DNA of 64,000 nucleotides from an uncultured Candidatus Saccharibacteria bacterium (GTDB taxonomy: Bacteria > Patescibacteriota > Minisyncoccia > Phycocordibacterales > CALRHW01): positions 11,307-75,306 of the forward strand of contig CAYMIL010000001.1 of NCBI GenBank assembly GCA_964390845.1. The letters are read 5' to 3'. Position numbers and translations under genes: made by a program. Under the pieces are notes generated by a model. The model made no database searches. It saw only the letters and a program-made list of their open reading frames with translations, and was not told the DNA's origin. The number at the start of each line of letters is the position of its first letter. Position 1 is the stretch's first letter. This document shows, one piece after another, positions 58,156 through 64,000 of this stretch.

Positions 58156-60042
58156 ATGGCAAAAATCATTGGAATCGATTTGGGAACCACAAATAGTGCT
58201 GTTGCAGTGATGGAGGCGGGAGGTCCAAAGATCCTAGAAAACGCTGAGGGTGCTCGCACGACGCCATCTATCGTCGCTATTTCAAAGAGTGGTGAACGAA
58301 CCGTTGGTCTACTCGCTAAGCGCCAAGCGGTTACAAATCCAAAAAATACTATTTTCGGCATCAAGCGCTTTATCGGGCACGAATTCGAAGATCAGGCAGT
58401 GCAAAAAGATAAAGCGACTGTGCCCTATGACATGAGTAAATCATCAAGTGGTGGGGTGCTCGTAAAAATGGGTGACAAAGAGTATCGACCGGAAGAAATC
58501 TCCGCAATGATTCTTCAGAAAATAAAAGCAGACGCGGAAGCAAAGCTTGGGGAGACGGTCACTGAAGCTATCATTACTGTACCCGCATACTTCAACGACG
58601 CTCAACGAAAAGCAACAAAAGATGCCGGCGCTATCGCGGGTCTCGATGTAAAACGCATCATCAACGAGCCGACAGCTGCGGCGCTTGCGTACGGTTTCAA
58701 TAAAAAGAAGGATGAAAAGATTGTCGTTTTCGATTTCGGCGGTGGAACATTCGACATTTCCGTGCTTGAAGTGGGCGGTGATGTTGTAGAGGTAAAGTCT
58801 ACCGATGGTGACAGTCATCTCGGCGGAAAAGATATTGATCAGAAAATCATTCACTTCCTCGCAGAGGAGTTTAAGCGTGAACATGGTATCGATCTCACAA
58901 AAGACGCGTTTGCCCTCCAGCGCCTCGATGAAGCGGCAGAGAAGGCGAAGATTGAGCTTTCTACGGCGATGGAAACAGAAATTAATATTCCGTTTATCAC
59001 ATCAGACGCGTCTGGACCAAAGCACTTTGTGATGAAAATGACTCGAGCAAAGCTTGAGGATCTCTGCGCAGAGTTTATCGACCGCGCAATGATGATCACA
59101 AAGCGTGCAATGGAAGCTTCTCCTTTTAAGGTTGCGGACATTCATGAGGTCGTGCTTGTTGGAGGTCAGACTCGTATGCCAAAGATTCAGCAGGCAGTAA
59201 AAGAGTTCTTTGGAAAAGAGCCGAACAAATCTATCAACCCAGACGAGGTGGTTGCTCTTGGCGCCGCGCTTCAGGGAGGCATCATCACGGGTGATGTAAA
59301 GGATGTGCTCTTGCTTGACGTGATCCCACTTTCTCTTGGCATCGAGACAATGGGAGGAGTCGCAACGAAGCTTATCGACAAAAACACAACGATTCCCGCA
59401 TCTCGATCTCAGATTTTCTCTACAGCCGCAGACAATCAGACATCTGTAGAAATCCATATTGTGCAAGGTGAGCGACCGATGGCTTCAGACAACAAGTCGC
59501 TCGGACGATTTATCCTCGACGGTATCCCACCAGCTCCTCGCGGTATGCCACAAGTTGAAGTTACCTTCGATATCGACGCAAACGGCATCTTGAGCGTGAA
59601 AGCAAAAGACAAAGCGAGCGGTAAAGAACAGTCTATCCGCATCGAGGCAAGCTCAGGTCTTTCAAAAGAAGACATCGAGCGCATGCAAAAAGAAGCTCAG
59701 ATGCACAGTGACGAAGATACAAAAAAGAAAGAGATGGCGGAGGCGCGCAATGTCTCAGAACAGCTTGTGTACACCGCAGAAAAATCTCTTCGTGATGCAG
59801 GCGACAAAGTGCCGGCGGATATCAAAAAGACAATTGAAGACAGCATTGCGAGCGTAAAGACAGCGCAGGCGGGTTCAGACAAAAACGCACTCACACAAGC
59901 AACATCCGCCCTCTCTACAGAGCTCCAGAAGATTGGCCAGTACATGAACCAACAGCAACCACAGGGCGGAGAGCAACCGAAAGCAGAGGACAACGTACGC
60001 GACGTTCCATTTGAGGAAAAGAAGGACGACCAAGCTAAATAA
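58156..60042 (+). CDS. dnaK: molecular chaperone DnaK (Hsp70)
   Basis: [18 protein letters not shown], full NBD+SBD. Confidence 0.95.
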   Translation: MAKIIGIDLGTTNSAVAVMEAGGPKILENAEGARTTPSIVAISKSGERTVGLLAKRQAVTNPKNTIFGIKRFIGHEFEDQAVQKDKATVPYDMSKSSSGGVLVKMGDKEYRPEEISAMILQKIKADAEAKLGETVTEAIITVPAYFNDAQRKATKDAGAIAGLDVKRIINEPTAAALAYGFNKKKDEKIVVFDFGGGTFDISVLEVGGDVVEVKSTDGDSHLGGKDIDQKIIHFLAEEFKREHGIDLTKDAFALQRLDEAAEKAKIELSTAMETEINIPFITSDASGPKHFVMKMTRAKLEDLCAEFIDRAMMITKRAMEASPFKVADIHEVVLVGGQTRMPKIQQAVKEFFGKEPNKSINPDEVVALGAALQGGIITGDVKDVLLLDVIPLSLGIETMGGVATKLIDKNTTIPASRSQIFSTAADNQTSVEIHIVQGERPMASDNKSLGRFILDGIPPAPRGMPQVEVTFDIDANGILSVKAKDKASGKEQSIRIEASSGLSKEDIERMQKEAQMHSDEDTKKKEMAEARNVSEQLVYTAEKSLRDAGDKVPADIKKTIEDSIASVKTAQAGSDKNALTQATSALSTELQKIGQYMNQQQPQGGEQPKAEDNVRDVPFEEKKDDQAK

Positions 60043-60045
60043 TTC

Positions 60046-61128
60046 ATGGCAAAAGACTACTACGAAATCCTTGGTGTACAAAAAGATGCGTCGAAAGACG
60101 ATATCAAGAAAGCGTTTCGTAAGTTGGCGCATCAATACCACCCAGACAAAAAGGGTGGTGATGAAGCGCGCTTCAAAGAGGTCAACGAAGCATACAGTGT
60201 CCTCTCCGACGACCAAAAACGTTCCGAATACGATTCATATGGCAAAACATTTGGTGGCAATGGAGGTGCTGGCTTTGGTGGTTTTGGCGGGCAGGGTTTT
60301 GGCGGCTTCGACTTCAGTCAGTTTACACAGGGTGGTGAAGGCTTTGATCTGGGAGATATTTTTGGCGACATCTTTGGAGGCGGGCGCCGAGAGCGCGTAA
60401 AGCGTGGTCGCGATATATCTATCGACATTGAGCTCTCATTCCAAGACTCTATCTTTGGTGTCGACAGAAAAATTCTTCTCAACAAAGCATCGACCTGTAC
60501 ACACTGCAAAGGCACCGGTGGCGAGCCGGGTACGGAGATGAAAACCTGTGATACCTGCAATGGCAAAGGAAAAATTCGTGATGTAAAGCGTACAATTCTT
60601 GGCAGTATCGCAACAGAGCGCGTCTGTGAAGCGTGTCATGGCGCGGGTAAGATTCCAAAAGACCGATGTAAAGAATGTAAGGGTCTTGGGGTTACCAAAA
60701 AAGAGCAGGAGATTGCCGTCAAAATCCCCGCAGGTATTGATGATGGTGAGATGATTCGCCTTACAGGTGGCGGAGAAGCTGTGCCGGGTGGTGTTTCTGG
60801 AGATTTGTATATAAAAGTGCACGTGAAGCGTCATTCAACATTCCGCAAAGAAGGCAACAACCTCGTCATGGATCTCAATATTAAGCTCTCTGAAGCGCTT
60901 TTGGGTAGCACCTACACGATTGCAACGCTCGATGGCGACATTGATCTTAAAACGCCTGAGCACATCTCATTCGGCGAGATTTTGCGCGTGAAAGGAAAGG
61001 GGGTGCCGATTGGCGCGGGCAAAAACCAGCGTGGCGATTTGCTTATTAAGGTACATATTGAATTGCCGAAAAAGCTTTCAAAAGAAGCACGCAAACTCGT
61101 GGAACAATTGAGGGGGGAGGGGGTGTAG
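60046..61128 (+). CDS. dnaJ: molecular chaperone DnaJ
   Basis: J domain HPD, Gly/Phe-rich region, four CxxCxGxG zinc repeats. Confidence 0.9.
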   Translation: MAKDYYEILGVQKDASKDDIKKAFRKLAHQYHPDKKGGDEARFKEVNEAYSVLSDDQKRSEYDSYGKTFGGNGGAGFGGFGGQGFGGFDFSQFTQGGEGFDLGDIFGDIFGGGRRERVKRGRDISIDIELSFQDSIFGVDRKILLNKASTCTHCKGTGGEPGTEMKTCDTCNGKGKIRDVKRTILGSIATERVCEACHGAGKIPKDRCKECKGLGVTKKEQEIAVKIPAGIDDGEMIRLTGGGEAVPGGVSGDLYIKVHVKRHSTFRKEGNNLVMDLNIKLSEALLGSTYTIATLDGDIDLKTPEHISFGEILRVKGKGVPIGAGKNQRGDLLIKVHIELPKKLSKEARKLVEQLRGEGV

Positions 61129-61223
61129 TTTTTGTATCTTACTGACAACAATCCGCGTTACACATCCACACGAAGAATCAGCGACAGATGTGTATTTTTA
61201 GAAACTGTTTAGACAAACAAAAA

Positions 61224-61267
61224 CCCCGCAAACAACACGAGACACGGGGTCTTTGTTGTTTGCGGGG
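61224..61267 (-). terminator. 14-bp perfect-stem hairpin (CCCCGCAAACAACA...TGTTGTTTGCGGGG), immediately 3' of the minus-strand gene stop, T-run on minus strand
   Basis: read directly. Confidence 0.5.
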
Positions 61268-61274
61268 TTGCGGG

Positions 61275-61565
61275 TCACGAGCGAGGATCTTCTTCGGGCA
61301 GCTCATCATAAATCTGCTGCCCAGTTTTGCCATCGCCGACACGCAAGAGGTCCCAGTGCTTCTTCCATCGACCCCAATTCGTGAGGCTGATGTAGGCCGG
61401 GGTGATGATCAGGAAGATCCACCACCAGATTCCGTTCGCAATCGCCATCAAAGAGAAGAACACAATGCAGAGCAATGCCTCCACGATGGTCTCGATCATG
61501 CGATTGCGACGGACTTGACGCTTGCTGACAACGGGCATGTAGCTGATCATTCGGTTGGGGAACAT
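61275..61565 (-). CDS. small 2-TM membrane protein, hypothetical (high-GC island; AAGGAGA SD)
   Basis: hydrophobic core LLCIVFFSLMAIANGIWWWIFLIITPAYI; competing antisense ORF 61188-61661 rejected. Confidence 0.4.
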   Translation of the reverse strand: MFPNRMISYMPVVSKRQVRRNRMIETIVEALLCIVFFSLMAIANGIWWWIFLIITPAYISLTNWGRWKKHWDLLRVGDGKTGQQIYDELPEEDPRS

Positions 61566-61730
61566 GGTCAATCTCCTTATTCGCTAGAGCGATATTTCAA
61601 TCCATATCCCAATAAGGGGTATGGGTACGTAACTCTTAATATTAGAGCACATTTTATATGATAAAGTCAAGTATACGGCATCACCCCAATATCAGGATAT
61701 TTCGGTCCAAAAACACGAGCACTAATTGCC

Positions 61731-61760
61731 AAATAAAAAAGAAACCCCGCGCTAGCGGGG
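61731..61760 (-). terminator. hairpin CCCCGC-GCTA-GCGGGG containing stop codon of the 45-aa gene, T-run on minus strand
   Basis: read directly. Confidence 0.4.
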
Positions 61761-61886
61761 GAAGGGGGTGTCACAGAGGAAGAGTCGGATCATGAAGATG
61801 AGACTCACGATTCCGAACATGAGGAGAATGGCGAAGACATGCTCCTTCACGCTCATCTTGCGACGATGATTGCAGCGTCCCTGGTT
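61752..61886 (-). CDS. 45-aa single-TM peptide (MNQGRCNHRRKMSVKEHVFAILLMFGIVSLIFMIRLFLCDTPFPR), GGGAGG SD
   Basis: SD 5 nt before ATG; own terminator. Confidence 0.3.
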   Translation of the reverse strand, partial: NQGRCNHRRKMSVKEHVFAILLMFGIVSLIFMIRLFLCDTPFPR

Positions 61887-61980
61887 CATGCATACCTCCC
61901 TGGAAAGTGCGACTCGTTGTATATAATACGACATGAATAGTATTTGTCAATTATACCTTCCGTCTGTTATGATTTTCAAC

Positions 61981-62967
61981 ATGAAATCAGGAAAAAAAAT
62001 CCTAGTGTCGGGTATTCAACCGACTGGACGACCACACATTGGTAACTATTTCGGCGCGATGAAGCAAATGATTGATCTGCAGGATGAGCACGACTGTCAT
62101 ATATTTATTGCAGATTTACACGCTCTCACGGGCGTAAATGATCCAGCACAACTTTCCCAAAACACCCTCGACCTAGCCATCGACTACCTCGCTATTGGCC
62201 TCGACCCGAAAAAGGTCACAATATACAAACAATCCGACATACCTCAGACAGCAGAGCTAGCTTGGATTTTCAACTGCATCACTACGATGCCATACCTCAT
62301 GCGCGCACATGCTTTCAAAGACGCCGAAGCAAAAAATCATGAAATAAACGTCGGAGTTTTTGATTATCCTCTACTAATGTCAGCCGATATTTTGCTTCCA
62401 GAGGCAGACGTAGTGCCTGTAGGCGCTGATCAAAAACAGCATATAGAAATAGCACGCGATACGGCAGAAAAATTCAATCGACTTTTCGGCGAGACTTTTA
62501 AAATGCCTGAAGCTTTGATTGTAAAAGACGTCATGACTGTCCCGGGCACAGACGGACAAAAGATGAGTAAAAGCTATGGCAACACTATTGGCCTTTTTGC
62601 TAGCGATGATGAGATCGTGAAGGCTGTAATGAAAATTCCGACAGACTCAAAGGGTGTAGACGAGCCAAAAAATCCTGATGAATGCAAAGTTTTCGCACTC
62701 CACAAACTTTTTGCCAGCGCAGATGAGCTCGCAGATATTCGTGCACGATATGAAAAAGGTGGACTCGGCTATAAGGAATCAAAAGAAATTCTCGCGCGTA
62801 ACATTTCAGCGTTTATCACACCGCTTCGCACAAAACGCGAGAAGATAGCGCAAGACACAGAATTTATCATGGACATTTTGAAAGATGGAGGAAAAAAGAT
62901 GCACATGCACGCAGAAAAGAAAATGGGGGAAATACGGGCAAAGGTGGGATTGGCTTTTAAGCAATAG
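61981..62967 (+). CDS. trpS: tryptophanyl-tRNA synthetase
   Basis: class I HIGH-type (TGRPHIGNY), KMSKS. Confidence 0.85.
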   Translation: MKSGKKILVSGIQPTGRPHIGNYFGAMKQMIDLQDEHDCHIFIADLHALTGVNDPAQLSQNTLDLAIDYLAIGLDPKKVTIYKQSDIPQTAELAWIFNCITTMPYLMRAHAFKDAEAKNHEINVGVFDYPLLMSADILLPEADVVPVGADQKQHIEIARDTAEKFNRLFGETFKMPEALIVKDVMTVPGTDGQKMSKSYGNTIGLFASDDEIVKAVMKIPTDSKGVDEPKNPDECKVFALHKLFASADELADIRARYEKGGLGYKESKEILARNISAFITPLRTKREKIAQDTEFIMDILKDGGKKMHMHAEKKMGEIRAKVGLAFKQ

Positions 62968-62972
62968 TTGCT

Positions 62973-63503
62973 GTGTGCAAAGTTTATTTTATTTCTGGTG
63001 TTTCTGGTGTAGGCAAAACATCCACACTAAATCATTTAAAAAATATTCTTCATTCTAGTAAATATGACATTAGAGATCTTGACGAAAGAGGTGTGCCTGA
63101 TGGCGGTGGTTTAGATTGGCTAAATGGTGAGACGAGATACTGGCTTGATGTTGCCAAATTAAATGCTGAAAATGGGAAAAATACAATAATTTGTGGTTTT
63201 GCTAATCCAGATTTATTTAAAAACATATACAAAACAGGCGAGGATATTCCTGCTCAGCTAATACTACTTAATGTTTCTGATAAAAATCTTGAGTCACGTC
63301 TCAGGGGTAGGCACCTTACTCCTGAAAGTGTGAAAGAGATGGAGAGAGCAGCTGGAATTTCTTTGGAACAATTTATATTAAATAATATTGAGTTTGCTCC
63401 TAAACTTCGTTCTATTTTTGAGGGTTATGGATATCCAATAATCGAAACAGATAACAAAACACCGGAAGAGGTTGCCATAGAGATATCTAAGATTACCATT
63501 TGA
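62973..63503 (+). CDS. P-loop NTPase/kinase-like protein in AT-rich (~33% GC) segment
   Basis: Walker A GVSGVGKTS near N-terminus. Confidence 0.45.
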   Translation: MCKVYFISGVSGVGKTSTLNHLKNILHSSKYDIRDLDERGVPDGGGLDWLNGETRYWLDVAKLNAENGKNTIICGFANPDLFKNIYKTGEDIPAQLILLNVSDKNLESRLRGRHLTPESVKEMERAAGISLEQFILNNIEFAPKLRSIFEGYGYPIIETDNKTPEEVAIEISKITI

Positions 63504-63898
63504 AAAATTTAATAAAAAATAACCCCATGACCATCAAAAAAATAGGCCATTGTTGCCTCCTCATAAAAACAAACAACCTCACAATACTCACTGACCTCGG
63601 TGCTTTTTCTACAGATCAAAATACAATAACGGGAATAGATGTCATTCTCATCACTCATGAACACGCAGATCATTTGCACACTGACTCCCTAAAAGATGTC
63701 ATGAAAAATAATCCACAAGCACGCGTAATCACAAATACCGGTGTGGGTAAAAAGCTAGATGAGATAGGTCTGCCGTACGAGATTGTAGAGGGTCGAGCAA
63801 ATACTGATATAAATGGTCTGGTTATAGAAGCGTTTGATGGAAAGCACGAAGAGATTTTCCTCGAGATTGGTCAGGTGCAAAATACTGGGCACCAATAA
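63500..63898 (+). CDS. metallo-beta-lactamase-fold hydrolase (short)
   Basis: THEHADH motif. Confidence 0.5.
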   Translation: MKNLIKNNPMTIKKIGHCCLLIKTNNLTILTDLGAFSTDQNTITGIDVILITHEHADHLHTDSLKDVMKNNPQARVITNTGVGKKLDEIGLPYEIVEGRANTDINGLVIEAFDGKHEEIFLEIGQVQNTGHQ

Positions 63899-64000
63899 GA
63901 GGGCTAGTTCGAGCTCTCGAGAAGGATTGATTATGAATTTAGATCCAATTAAAAAAATAGTTCTTGATACTTGCATTATTATCTATTATGTAGATGAAAA

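Noticed and set aside
61188-61661. 157-aa plus-strand ORF overlapping the 61275-61565 minus gene
   Set aside because: It would read through a 14-bp perfect hairpin and has no SD. The minus-strand frame has an SD, TM helices and the terminator directly after its stop. Strand remains uncertain and is flagged in findings.
1-64000. CRISPR arrays, rRNA genes, tmRNA/SRP RNA/RNase P RNA, T-box leaders before valS/leuS/alaS/trpS, CIRCE element before grpE-dnaK
   Set aside because: Looked for by eye: no direct-repeat/spacer periodicity, no rRNA-like conserved stretches, and no TTAGCACTC-N9-GAGTGCTAA motif. None found; small structured RNAs cannot be excluded without covariance-model searches.

Overview
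This window is a gene-dense bacterial chromosome segment with a backbone of about 44% G+C. It reads like a streamlined genome, with many truncated housekeeping proteins; a Candidate Phyla Radiation/Patescibacteria-type organism is an inference only.

The recognisable content falls into these groups:
- an envelope cluster (cytochrome b5-like protein, two DoxX-like paralogs, MliC/META protein, two tandem M14-like peptidases);
- valS and pseudouridine synthase, DoxX, SpoU methyltransferase;
- a type IV pilus locus (pilB, pilC and four prepilin-like genes, one fused to an LVIVD beta-propeller);
- type II NADH dehydrogenase, pterin dehydratase, LOG, FKBP and tgt;
- a uvrB, sensor kinase, tandem-REC regulator, uvrA, uvrC, ddl run;
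- tRNA-Ala(UGC) with a near-consensus promoter;
- an ECF sigma factor with a putative partner, gdh, PGI/PMI, ROK kinase, ychF;
- a leuS that lacks the CP1 editing domain;
- a tightly packed operon of an HTH protein, a membrane protein, mltG and an ATP-cone/Mrr nuclease;
- mgtC, a Cas4-like nuclease, an MGMT domain protein, uracil-DNA glycosylase, pepF, a short alaS, and an FtsA/PilM-like protein;
- the infA-rpmJ-rpsM-rpsK-rpsD-(terminator+promoter)-rpoA-rplQ-rplM-rpsI block, then grpE-dnaK-dnaJ and trpS.

The most unusual signal is compositional. At least six gene-sized islands of about 58-62% G+C are embedded in the backbone, each carrying genes with Shine-Dalgarno sites and GC-rich-stem terminators. 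An AT-rich island sits at the 3' end. No CRISPR array, rRNA, or recognisable insertion sequence/transposase was seen.
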